Source of the DNA: Candidatus Latescibacterota bacterium | Lineage (GTDB): Bacteria > Latescibacterota > UBA2968 > UBA8231 | Reading direction: 5' to 3' | Length of the DNA: 64,000 nucleotides | Assembly (NCBI GenBank): GCA_965206595.1 | Contig: OZ242214.1 | Location: 6,976,001 to 7,040,000, forward strand | Part shown: positions 49,934 to 60,739 of the stretch, piece by piece | Layout: every line of letters begins with the position of its first letter | Numbering within the stretch: the stretch's first letter is position 1 | Program-made: the position numbers and the translations under genes | Notes under the pieces: model-generated | Database searches by the model: none | What the model was told of the DNA's origin: nothing | What the model saw: only the letters and a program-made list of their open reading frames with translations

Positions 49934-51109
49934 CTACGAGTGGTCGAGCTCCCAGATCGGGAAGTGGAAGGGAAACAGCCTGCCCAACAGGGCGGCGGCT
50001 CCCGCGGGCAGGTCCAGCGGGTCGCAGGAGGGATGGCCGCCGAAGATCAGCTGCACCATCTGCCGCGCGTTCAGGGCCACCCTGTCGGAAGCCGTACCGG
50101 AATCGAAGCGCACCTCGCCGTCGCGGAACCCAAGGGTAACCGCCTCGCCGGTGTCCGTGCACTCCAGCGACACCGCCCCGGAGAGCCCCGCCGACCGTGA
50201 GCGCAGGTGGCTCTCGATGCTCCTCAGCAGCAGGCCCAGGCTGTTGATCCGCATCATCTGGGGGCCGACACCAGCGGCAAGCTCGACCGGCTTCCGCGAA
50301 AATCCCACATGGGTAGCGAGGAAGTCGTCCAGCACTGAGGGGGTCAGGTTCGTTATGGCCTGGACCGGGCCGTGGGTCCTCGCCGCCTCCGCCACCAGGG
50401 CTTCCACCGCGGCGGGGCTTCCGCCCGCCTCGATCAGGCCCGGTTTGTTCGTTCCCGACCCCACGCACAGATAGCCTGCCACCTCGCCGCCGGCCAGGGC
50501 CAGCCTCGTTTCGATCTTCGGCAGCGTCAGCAGGGCGGCGTACTCCTCCCTGGTGCGGGCGACGCGGAAGGTTTCGGCGTCGTGGAAGCCGATGATGGCG
50601 TCGAGGTGTCCGGGACGGGCCGGATCGAAGGAGAGGATCTCGAAGCCGCCCCGGTCGAACAACACCGCGTCGCCGGGCGCGAGGATGTACATCCACCCCT
50701 GGTTGTCCACCGCCTCCCACCCGGAGTGATGGTAGAAGGGGAAGGTGGCGTGCTGCGTCCACAGCACCGACACGGGCCAGCCGTTCTCCTCCATGATGCG
50801 GACGCAGTCCCGAAGGCAGCGGGTGGCGTACCCCTTGTGGCGGTGGCTGGGATGGGTGACGGTGGGGCTGATGATGCCGGCGGTGAAGGAGTCCCCGCCT
50901 GCGACGATCCGGCGCGGGGCCACCGGGACGTGGGCGACCACTTGGCCGGCGACCTTGAGGATGCGCATGTAGCCGAGCCCCTGCTGGTTGAAGATCAGGG
51001 GGTAGTCGGTGCGGATGTTCTGGTCCGAGTCGGGGCGGAAGGTGGCGTTGATCAGGGCGATGGTCTCGTCGAACTCTTCCGGTCTGCAGGCGCGGGGTCC
51101 CTCGATCAT
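49934..51109 (-). CDS. GNAT acetyltransferase (Eis-like, C-terminal SCP2-like region)
   Basis: VTHPSHRHKGYA and FY...GWE motifs. Confidence 0.8.
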   Translation of the reverse strand: MIEGPRACRPEEFDETIALINATFRPDSDQNIRTDYPLIFNQQGLGYMRILKVAGQVVAHVPVAPRRIVAGGDSFTAGIISPTVTHPSHRHKGYATRCLRDCVRIMEENGWPVSVLWTQHATFPFYHHSGWEAVDNQGWMYILAPGDAVLFDRGGFEILSFDPARPGHLDAIIGFHDAETFRVARTREEYAALLTLPKIETRLALAGGEVAGYLCVGSGTNKPGLIEAGGSPAAVEALVAEAARTHGPVQAITNLTPSVLDDFLATHVGFSRKPVELAAGVGPQMMRINSLGLLLRSIESHLRSRSAGLSGAVSLECTDTGEAVTLGFRDGEVRFDSGTASDRVALNARQMVQLIFGGHPSCDPLDLPAGAAALLGRLFPFHFPIWELDHS

Positions 51110-51179
51110 GGGTTCTCCTTCTGGTTTCGATTGCGCCATCCGCAGTGGGGTCCACCGGGCCTGGTGCCGCGTGCGGGCA

Positions 51180-52739
51180 CTATCCTCCCGCCCCTGCCCA
51201 CTCCGGCAGCACCCCGGGTTCGATCCCGAACAGGAGCGGGCCCATGGCGCGGAAAACCAGGGTGATGACGACGGCGCCGACAAGGTTGAGGACGATGCCG
51301 ACCCGCGCCATCTCCGCGACCTTGACGCGGTCGCTGCCGAAGACCACGGCGTTGGGGGGCGTGGCCACCGGCATCATGAAGGCGCACGAGGCGGACAGCG
51401 TCGCCGGGATCATCAGCAGCAGCGGGTGAACGCCGGCGGACACGGAGACGGCCGCGAAGATGGGGAGCACCATCTCGGTGGTGGCCGTGTTCGAGGTGAG
51501 CTCCGTGAGGAAGGTGATCGTCAGGCAGATGACGAAGATGAGGACCAAAGGCGGAACCGAGCCGAGCCCGCTGAAGCCGTCGCCGATGAAGCGGGCGAGT
51601 CCGGTGGTCTGGAAGCCGTGGGCGAGGGCGAAGCCTCCCCCGAACAGCAGCACGATGTTCCAGGGCAGCCCGCGCACCACGTCCGGCCCCATCACCATCC
51701 GGGACTTCGCGCCGGGAGACCGGGCCGGAACCAGGAAGAGGAGACTGGCCATGGCGATCGCCACGGTGCCGTCGTCGATGAGGTTGCCGTAGGGCAAGAG
51801 GGTGGACCAGCCGGGTATCGTCAGCCCTCCGATCTCGATCGGCGCGCGGAAGACCCAGAGCAGGGCGGTCGCGGCGAACACCGCGAGGATCACCCGTTCC
51901 TCGAAGGAGATGGGGCCGAGCTTCCGGGTCTCCGACTCGAGGACCTCCCGGTCGACGGCGACCTCGGCCGGTATGCGGAAGAAAACCTGCGTGATCAGCA
52001 GCCAGGCGGAGGCGAGCATGAGCAAGGAGATGGGGGCGGCCATGACGAACCACACCCCGAACGATAGGTGCGGCGCCTCCGGGAAAGTGATCTGGAAGAT
52101 CCGCTCCAGGGAGAGGTTCGGCGGCGTGCCCACCAGGGTGGCGATGCCCCCGGCGGAGCAGGCGTAGGCGATCCCGAGCATGACGGCCACGGAGAAGGCG
52201 CGCGTCCGCTCCCGCCCGAACTGCTCCTCCATTCTCAGGATCACCGCGAGGCCGACCGGAATCATCATGATCGCCGTGGCCGTGTTCGAGATCCACATCG
52301 ACAGGAAGGCCGCGGCGAGCATGAACCCGAGCACGATCCGCGCCGGCCCCCCGCCCACCGAGCGGATGACCCAGAGGGCGATGCGGCGGTGGACGTCCCA
52401 CTTCTCCATGGTCAGGGCGACCATGAAGCCGCCGAGGAAGAGGACGATGGTGCTGTTGAAGTAGACCGGCGCCGTGGCGCGGGTCTGCTCGATCCCGAGA
52501 AGCGGATACAGGAGCAGCGGCAGCAGCGCGGTCGCGAACAGCGGGATGGCGTCGGTGATCCACCAGGTGGCCATGAGCAGGGCCACCGCGGCCATGCGCG
52601 TGATCTCCGGCCTGCCGGGCTCGAGGTCGAGCAGCAGGGTGAGCGCGAACAGCAGGGGGCCAAGCCACAGGCCGATGCGCTGGCCGCGCGACCGGGTTTC
52701 GGCGGTGGGCGGAGTGGTGTGATCGGGTGGAGTGGTCAT
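51180..52739 (-). CDS. SLC13/DASS sodium:dicarboxylate/sulfate symporter
   Basis: SMWISNTAT, GTPPN, TELTSNTAT and AFMMPVATPPNA motifs. Confidence 0.92.
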   Translation of the reverse strand: MTTPPDHTTPPTAETRSRGQRIGLWLGPLLFALTLLLDLEPGRPEITRMAAVALLMATWWITDAIPLFATALLPLLLYPLLGIEQTRATAPVYFNSTIVLFLGGFMVALTMEKWDVHRRIALWVIRSVGGGPARIVLGFMLAAAFLSMWISNTATAIMMIPVGLAVILRMEEQFGRERTRAFSVAVMLGIAYACSAGGIATLVGTPPNLSLERIFQITFPEAPHLSFGVWFVMAAPISLLMLASAWLLITQVFFRIPAEVAVDREVLESETRKLGPISFEERVILAVFAATALLWVFRAPIEIGGLTIPGWSTLLPYGNLIDDGTVAIAMASLLFLVPARSPGAKSRMVMGPDVVRGLPWNIVLLFGGGFALAHGFQTTGLARFIGDGFSGLGSVPPLVLIFVICLTITFLTELTSNTATTEMVLPIFAAVSVSAGVHPLLLMIPATLSASCAFMMPVATPPNAVVFGSDRVKVAEMARVGIVLNLVGAVVITLVFRAMGPLLFGIEPGVLPEWAGAGG

Positions 52740-53029
52740 GGGGCCGCCGCCTGAAGTAGATCTTTTCCCAGGATCGGTTCCAATGCGATCCGGTTCGGCT
52801 TCACCTCGAGTTCCGTTGTGAGAATGTTTTTCGATGTTTGAACCCTCAAGGTCGGATCGCTGAATCCAGCCGAGGTCTCTCTCCTCAGTCCAGTATATCC
52901 CCCCGGGGTCCGGCTGACCGTGGCTGGCTCCCTGTGGGCCAAGGACCAAGAACGCCGCTGCTAAATGGGAAGCGTGGCCTTTGGGGTGCGATTCGGTTAT
53001 TCATCAGGTGCACCACCTCACCGGAATGG

Positions 53030-56000
53030 CTACTTGAGGTAGAGCAGCCGCCGTGTCTCCGCACCCCCGCGATAGTTAAGGCGAGCCAGATAAACGCCGG
53101 CCGACACTACGGCGCCCTCCTGGTCGCGGGCGTCCCAGAGAACCTGGAAAAAACCGGCGGGTTGGGCTTCGTCTACCAGCGTCCGCACCCGCTGGCCGAG
53201 GGTATTGTAGATCTCCAGACGCACCGGGCCGGGGGTGGCCATACGGTAGGAAATCCGAGTGGTGGTGTTGAAGGGATTGGGCGCAATCGCATCCAGGCCG
53301 CTGACGAAAGGCACCGCTGGTTCTACGGCAGATACGACCGTAACATCAGAAGGATCCGTGATGAAGGGCGACATGTCCCACAAACGGATGCCATCGTTAC
53401 TCGCACTGGCTAGAAAAGTCCCGTCCGGTGAAAACGCTATCGAATGGATATTACTCTCAGTCAGAGAGTCCTCCAGGGTGGCCTTGTGTTGACCGGTTTC
53501 CGCATCCCACAAGCGGATTATCGTGTTCCCCGGGGGCGGATCAGGGATGTTAGTAATACTTTCGTACCCTATGACCAATCGCCAAGGTGAGGCCATCCGG
53601 AGAGAAGGCCACGTGCCCCGTCTCCCGAAGGGTGATCTGCTGGTCACTGTCCCGATCCCACAACCGGGTTCCGTAGTCCAATTCCAATCCCCAGGCGAAC
53701 TTGCTGCCATCCAGAGAAAACGAGACGGTACCGACCCCTATGGGGATTTCAATGATTGACTCCCTCGTAGAAACCCGGTTTCCGCGGGTAAGAATTGGCA
53801 CCCAAAGCTAAAGTTTTCAACTATGAAACGAATCCGGAATGCGCTGCCATGAAGCTGCCTTCGGGCGCTATCGGCGCAGGGGCTCGATCCAAGACTTCAA
53901 GGGCCTTTTTCGGCGCCGAAAGGGACCTCTGCCCCCCTTTTCAGCCCATCGCCGGACTCATGGCTCCGGGTTTGGGCGCAAGCGCCCGCAGCATTCTCTT
54001 GATATTGCAGGCCAGGGCTTTCAGGTAGACGGCCAGCTCCACGCGCCAGCGTCCGCGCACACGCAGGGCGCCCAGCCCGTGTCTTCGTTTCAGTTCCGAG
54101 ACCGTGGCCTCGATGCCGGCGCGAATGCGATAGCGCTCCCGGAAGGCGCCGCTGGCGATGGCGCGACGGCGACGTTCGAGGTTGACGGCTTTCAGGTCCA
54201 CGGTCACGGCGTAGCCGTCCCGGGTCCTGTTCCGTTTCACCGGACAGACGGAAAGCAGGGCGCAGGTCTCACAGCCCTCGCGCTCGAAGGTCAGGGCCAC
54301 ATGATGGGACTTCTTCTCACACGGCGTTTGCTCTCTAGCCAAGTGTCCGGCCGGGCAGATGGCCGGATCCCGGAGACGGGCCTCGACGAGGAAGTCGGCC
54401 TCGGTCACCGTTTCGGGCCGCTCCTCGACGTCCACCTGCGGGCCTTTGACCGGGCTGACCAACTCGGTGCCGAGGCGTTCGGCGTGGATGGCATGGTCGC
54501 CGGAGCCGAAGGCGGTGTCGGCGACCAGCTCGTCGGGTCGTTGCCCGCGCTCTTCGAGGGCCTCCAGCACCGGCATCGTCGCGTGCTCGTCACTGGCGCA
54601 GGCAGCGGTCACCGCTACGTGGGTGATCCTGTTCACGGTGTCAGTCTGGTCGTCGTCGGCCTGGTCGTCGTCGGCCTGGTCGTCGTCGGCCTCGACGCAG
54701 GTCTCGGCGATCTGCACCTCATACCCTTTGCCCTTGCGGGCGTTGTAGGTGGCCTCGGCATCATGAGGGCTTTGCAGCGAGTCGCTGCCGACGTGCTCAG
54801 GCGCCTTCAGCGCCACCGGCACGCCGCCTTCGCCGGCGTCGTCGTCCTCGGTCGAGGGGCGTTGCTTGTCCGCGATCACCTCACACTGCTCCCACAGCAG
54901 GCGCTGCAGCAGCGCGTAGGATGCCAGGCCCTCGGCCGCGGTGCCCGCACACAGCTGATGGAGACGATACAGATCGCGCGCGCACACCGGCAGCCGCCTC
55001 TTGCCCGTGCCGGAGGGCGCGTCCTGGTAGGCCGTGGCGCTGCCGTCCTCCTTCAGGTAGCGCTCGCGCAGGCGCTTCGGCACCCGCCCGTACAGGCGTG
55101 GATGCTCCGCGGCCAGGGTTTTCAGAAAGTGACGGAGGGTCTCACACAACAGCCCCAGACGCGACAACACCGCGATGTTGCTGAGCACATGGGTGGAGTC
55201 CAGACGTTGCCGGGTGACCTTCGTACCCAGCGCTTGGAGAATGCGATCCGTGGTCGCCTCGAAGGCCTGCCGGCCGCGGTCATGGGCCAGCAAGCCAGCG
55301 CGGAAGTTGTGCAGCGTCAGCAAGACCGTCGCCACCGGCTGGTTGGGACGACCGTTGTCGTCGCAATACAAGGACGCAAACTGCGCTTCATCGATCAGCG
55401 GCAAGGCACGCGTGCGAAAGGTCTCCGCCCAGCTCGCCTGCAGGCGCCGCCGCTTGGCCGCAGGCACCAGGTTGCGGCTCTCGAACAGGGTGCGTTGCGA
55501 ATCCTTCTTACGAAACATCAGCCCCATCCAGTAAAGAGGAAGTGTGTGACGGATTGGTATAACCCAATATACCAAGAATCCCTGATTATCGGGGCTGTGA
55601 GAGGGGGGTTTTTACGAGAGAATCAATGATTGGTTCAATGTCCGTCCTCTTCGGTGCACCGCCATCCGGTACAAGATTCCCATCCGGGACCCTTTGGAGC
55701 CCCTCAGGGCCAATTTCATAAAGGCGAAGCCCACCTCCGTTAATCCCACAGGCCAGTGTTTTGCCATCCGGAGAAAACGCCAGGGAACTGCAACCCCTAC
55801 CGTGGAAATCAACGCTGGTTTCGAGTTGGCCCGTTCCCACATCCCACAGCCCAATCTTGCCGTGAAAAGTTCCACTGGCCAAGGTGCGGCCATCCTGGGA
55901 AAACGCCAGGGAGATGATCCAATAAGAAATATCAACATGATGAAGTGTAAGGCGGGTTCCGGGTTGGCCCGTTCTCATATCCCACAGCCGAATCGTGTCG

Positions 56001-56511
56001 TCGTTACTTCCACTGGCCAGGGTATGGCCATCCGGAGAAAAGGCCACCGCACCGACCCCACCCGTATGGCCTTCCAGGGTGGCCTGGAGGGTGCCGGTGC
56101 GGACATCCCATAGCCGAACTGTGCTGTCCGCACCGCTACTGGCCAGGGTGTTCCCATCCGGTGAAAACGTCAGGAACCAAACGAAACGTGACAGCTCACC
56201 GATGCGCCTCCAGGATGTCCACTTGACAACCGAATCGTCGTCCATCTCCTGGCAAGGACAGGGAGGCGGGTCGGGTAGGGTGGGCGTCCAGGGCCCTGGA
56301 GAGAACACGTCATAGTCGACCGGTTCCAGAAGAAAGTCCGAAATCGAGGCCGAAGTTTTCCACTGATCGTATTCCTCGCTCTCGCTGCAATAAAACCAGT
56401 TCGTTAACCCCTTATCGTCATCGTTGACGTATATCCATCCCAGGCCGATGATGTGGCCCTCTTCGAGATCGGTTTGAACGGAGGCGTCCGGGTCGTTCCA
56501 GATAAAATCGT
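53030..56511 (-). pseudogene. WD40-repeat protein with a FlgD/T9SS type A-like tail, split by an IS1182-like element, frameshifted, and 5'-truncated by IS5
   Basis: FSPDG..LAS...D.T.RLWD repeats; IAPNPFN.T..ISY...VRLEIYN.LGQ.V..LV...WD.RD...AGVY; the halves join across the IS as EPII|EIPIG. Confidence 0.8.
53758..55624 (-). mobile_element. IS1182-like element (transposase about 53941..55518)
   Basis: IRs GACTCCCTCGTAGAAACCC / GGGTTTTTACGAGAGAATC; duplication AATGATT (53751-53757, 55625-55631); RLDSTH, SPHD.EA, VADTAFGS and YRIRAGIE motifs. Confidence 0.85.
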
Positions 56512-57365
56512 GAACCTATCTCAAAACAGGCAAACTTAAACTTGTTTTCGAAATGACAGTGATGTACCATTGGTGTATGGTCAACCTGACCGACATGCAA
56601 TGGCAACGAATCCGGCATCACTTTCCTGAAGAACTTCGTCCCAAGAGCCATCCGGGTCGCAAACCGGTTTGCACCCGTGATGTTTTTGAAGCCGTCCTTT
56701 GGATTCTAAACACCGGGGCTCAATGGCCTATGTTGCCGCCGTGCTATCCGAACTACAAAACCGTGCATCGCCGTTTTCAAAACGGGTGTCGTCAAGGGGT
56801 GGTACGCGAAGTTCTCATGGACCTGGCCCAGACCCTTCACGAGCAAGGGGGCCTGGACGAATCGGAGGCTTTCATCGACGGCCTGTTCTCGGCGGCCAAG
56901 GGTGGAGGTGCCGATATCGGCCACACCAAGCGAGGTAAGGGGGTGCGGGTCATGGGGATCGTCGACGGCAATGGGCTTCCCTTGTCGGTGAGCACGCATG
57001 CAGCGAACCATCATGAAGTGACGCTGGTTCAGTTGACCTTTGACTTTTACCTGATCGAAGACCAACCTGACAACTTGATCGGCGACAAAGCGTACGACAG
57101 CGATTCGTTGGATGAAGAACGTAAGAAAGACGGGATCGAGATGATCGCCCCGCATCGCCAGAATCGGACCAAGAAAAAGACTCAGGACGGACGGCGATTG
57201 CGGCGTTATGTGCGGCGTTGGATGGTTGAGAGATTCTTTGCTTGGCTTCAATGGCAGCGTCGAGTGATCACTCGCTGGGAATTGTATCCGGAGAATTTTC
57301 TTGGCTTCGTCCAACTTGCATCCATTTTGATTTTACTTAAACAATTTCAATTTTGAGATAGGTTC
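56512..57365 (+). mobile_element. IS5-family element, copy C (B-type, opposite orientation)
   Basis: Same IRs; near-identical to 38011..38864. Confidence 0.9.
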
Positions 57366-59026
57366 GTGGCAGATTGGGGCCGGGGGCGGAATGGTAGCAG
57401 GTTAAGTTTTACGAAGGGTGGGGTGGGTTGGAGGCAGCAGCGAGGGCGCCGGCTGTTGCGGCACCGCAGCCTGACAGGCCCCCCTGAGATAGTCGAGGAC
57501 GTTGCGCTGTTGCTGGCGCAGGGTATCGCGCACCGTGAGCAGACGCTCTACAAAACGGCTGCCTCCGGCACTGTGGGTGCCGATTGGGGGTAAAAAAGCA
57601 CTCCATTATGGATTCCGGTATCCGTGCTTTTTTACCCCCAAAAGCTGGTGTGACGCCACAGCACGCCATGACGAAGGGCTCGTTCGGCTTCGTTGTTGGT
57701 CGGCTCGACGCCTTGTGTGCGCACGAAGGTCCACCGGGCCGGCCCGAGGTCTCGGAGGTTGGCGCAGGTGGCCGCCGTCTTGGCGTCGGCGAACTGCTGA
57801 CCATACCCCAAGTAGTTTATGAAACCGCCCACGCAAGCCGCTGACGTAGACCTGGAAGCCGGACCGTTGCAAGGTGCCGTCGCGGACGCGGTGCCACCAG
57901 CCAAACACCTGGTCGCTGGAATCCAACAGCCGTTGCCCGACCCAGGCGGCCTCTCCTCCCCGGGCCACGAACTCCTCGAAGGTGCGCCGCAGATGCGCCC
58001 AGCAGACGTGCCGGCGTCGAAGCGGCAGATGCCCATAGGCCGAATAGCGATCGGAGCCGACCACCGCCCGGGTATCGGCCCCCAGCACCTCATCGACCCC
58101 GTCCCGTCCCCGGCCTTTTCGAATGGCGAACACGGTGACGCCCTCCGTCACTGCGGTCCACAACCAGGCCTTGGCGCGGCGCTGCCGCCAGCCGGTCTCG
58201 TCGACGTTGACTATGGGCTGTCGGCGAACAAAGGCGCGCGCCTCCTCGACCGCACCCGCCAGGGCCGCGGCCACCTCCTGTTGCAGTCGGCTGACCGTGC
58301 CCAGCGACACCTCAAGCCCGAAGGCGTCGGACAACAGCGACTGAATGTTGCGCTTGCTCATCCGGTAGGCCCCGGCCAACAGGCCGACCCAGGCCTGCAC
58401 GCTGGGGCCGAAGGTGTGCCGCGACACGCCCTCGGGCCAACCGGCTTCGGTCAGGCGGTCGCAGTGAGCGCAGCGCAGGGTGTGCAACTGATACTCGATG
58501 ACCTCGGCGCGCAGCGCAGGGAGGACGACTTCCTGGTGACGCTGCGGATGAGGATCGTCTCCCGTCAACGGGTGCCCGCATCCGTGGCACTGGCTGGGCT
58601 TGACCGGGATCCGTTCGTCCACCTGCTCGACGGTTACCCACGAGCGGCCGGGTCCTTCGTGCCCGGGCTGTGCGCCCGGCGAGCGCCCCGAGGATCGGCG
58701 TCGCGAGGCATCGGTGCGCGGCGAAGAGGAAGCGCCCGATTCCGAGGAGGCGGCTCCCCGGCGGGATCGTCCCTTGCGGCGGGCCAATTCCTGCTCCAGC
58801 TCGGCGAGGCGCGCCGTCAGTTGTTCCACGATCTGCTCGAGCTGGGCAATACGCTTGCGCAAGTCGCTTGCGGAAATCGCACTCTCAGGAGGTCTTTTCA
58901 TGGGGGTCGCCGTATCCGGAAAAATCAAAAACACACACCCAATCCCGAAGATACCGACGGACCTGAAAACACGCTAGGTATTTTTTTAGATGCTCAAACT
59001 ACAACCGCAGGGGACTGAACGGTTAC
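57366..59026 (-). mobile_element. IS66-family single-ORF element with a disrupted transposase
   Basis: End GTAACCGTTCAG on the minus strand at 59026; GAQPGHEG, CHGCG, VDETGW, SDRYSAY, CWAHL.R and PTNNEAER motifs; frameshift near 57810; other end not found. Confidence 0.85.
57584..57641. repeat. 58-bp palindromic insert with perfect 18-bp inverted arms, inside the IS66 transposase
   Basis: TTGGGGGTAAAAAAGCAC-N22-GTGCTTTTTTACCCCCAA interrupts WRHTSF|GTHSAGG. Confidence 0.9.
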
Positions 59027-59056
59027 GTTCGCCAGAAGTGAAGCTACCCCCGATTT

Positions 59057-59127
59057 CAATGTCCGCGCTTCACCGCGTCGCTTCACCGCGTCAATGTCCG
59101 CGCTTCACCGCGTCGCTTCACCGCGTC
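59057..59127. repeat. 35-bp tandem duplication built from 13-bp subrepeats
   Basis: CAATGTCCGCGCTTCACCGCGTCGCTTCACCGCGT x2; CGCTTCACCGCGT x4. Confidence 0.9.
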
Positions 59128-59833
59128 CATGAGCGCCCGTATGTAGCCCATGGCGTAGGAGCGGGTGCGGAACTGACGGGTGTCGTCTTCCTTCAGGCGG
59201 GGAACGTGGTCTTCGACGATCGGGGCGTCGACACCCGACTCGTGGAACGCCTTCATCGCTTCCATCATGTCGAGGTGGCCCTCGCCGATGAAGGTTTCCG
59301 AGAACTTCGGGACCGGGCCGGTCACGCTCCGGAAGTGGATGTGGAAGATCTTGCCGCGGCTGCCGAAGTAGCGGATGGCGTCGAGCACGTTCTCCGGCAT
59401 GGCGCCGAACGTCCCGGTGCAGAAGGTCAGGCCGTTGCAGTCGCTCGGCACGATCTCGATGAACCGCCGCAACGCCGCGTGGCTGCGGAAGACCCTGGCG
59501 ACCCCGGCGATGGGCGAGATAGGAGGGTCGTCCGGATGCAGCCATCCTGCCAGCCTCCCCCATGTTGCGGATCGTCCTGCACCAGTTTTCGATCTGCTCT
59601 TCCCTGCCCGGCAGCCCGAGCTTGATTTTGAAGGTCAGCTCCTCGGGCAGCCCGCTGATGACCGACAGTTTCAGGCCCGCCTCCTCGACCCTTTCGCGAA
59701 GACGCGCGAGGTCTTCCAGGGTGTAGTAGCCCTTGTCCGCCGGCAGGGTGCCGCCGCCGACCGCGTCGGTGGCCCCCACCTGATGGGCGAGCCGGAAGCC
59801 CTCGTCGGTCGTGCCGGAAATCGCCAGTCTCAA
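59083..59833 (-). pseudogene. Mannonate dehydratase (UxuA-like), internal deletion and frameshift near 59545
   Basis: IKLGLPGREEQIEN...IRNMGEAG, then HPDDPP, NGLTFCTG, HIHFR, EDHVP and YAMGYIRAL; the middle part is missing. Confidence 0.75.
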
Positions 59834-59971
59834 TTCCAGGCTCCTTTTTGGTTCAAGGATTGGGTTGGCAGGCCCTATTTTTGACCTGACTTTCGCAACA
59901 ACAAAGGCAATCGGCAGATGGGGCACTAATCGTCGACATTGACGAGAGGGAGCAGGTTAACAGGCGATACG

Positions 59972-60739
59972 ATGGGACTTTCACAGGCACAGATAGAGCA
60001 GTTCCGGGAGGATGGGGTTCTCGTCGTCGAAGGTTTGCTGGACGAGGATGAGGTCGCCGTCCTCAGGGAACGCGCCGAGTGGGTGGCGCGCGGGGAGGCC
60101 TCCCACATATCAGACCAGCATATCCAGGTCGAGCCGGCGGTAGCGGCTTGCGAAGCAGAGGCGGACAGCCGCGCCGGGTCGCTGCGCAAGCTCATGCACC
60201 TCGCCTTCGTCGACGAGGTCTTCGAGGCGCACGCACGCAACCCCGGGATTCTCGACTGCATCGAGGGGCTGCTCGGTCCCGAGGTCAAGCTGTACCAGGA
60301 CCAGCTGTTCATGAAGCCGGCCCGGATCGGGTCGAGGCAGCCGTACCACCAGGACCAGCCGCTCGGGTTCCACATCGAGCCGGCTTCCGAGCTGGTCGCC
60401 TGCTGGGCCGCCCTCGACGATTCCACCGTCGACAACGGCTGTCTCTGGGTCGTGCCGAGCACCCACAAACGGGGTGTGCTCGAAGACCGGGAGCGCGCCG
60501 AAATCGAAGCGCAGTCCCTGGCCGGCAAGCTGCCCCGGGAGCGCCCGATCGAGCTCGAACCGGGCGATTGCAGCTTCCACCACGGCCACGTCCTCCACTC
60601 GAGTCGGGCCAATGTCAGCGGCCGGCGCCGGCGCGGCTACGCCACGCATTACGTGAGCGCTCATTGCCGCTACACGGGTCCCGAAGGAAAGAACGACGCC
60701 CTGCTGGTGCGGGGCCAGTCGATTCCGGGCTGTATCTGA
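59972..60739 (+). CDS. PhyH-family Fe(II)/2OG dioxygenase
   Basis: FREDG, LFMKP..IGS..PYHQD, DNGCL.VVP.TH and LHSS.AN motifs. Confidence 0.9.
   Translation: MGLSQAQIEQFREDGVLVVEGLLDEDEVAVLRERAEWVARGEASHISDQHIQVEPAVAACEAEADSRAGSLRKLMHLAFVDEVFEAHARNPGILDCIEGLLGPEVKLYQDQLFMKPARIGSRQPYHQDQPLGFHIEPASELVACWAALDDSTVDNGCLWVVPSTHKRGVLEDRERAEIEAQSLAGKLPRERPIELEPGDCSFHHGHVLHSSRANVSGRRRRGYATHYVSAHCRYTGPEGKNDALLVRGQSIPGCI

Noticed and set aside
56510-57367. GT dinucleotides flanking IS5 copy C as a target-site duplication
   Set aside because: The two flanks belong to different elements (WD40 gene on the left, IS66 tail on the right), so the 2-bp match is probably chance after a deletion.
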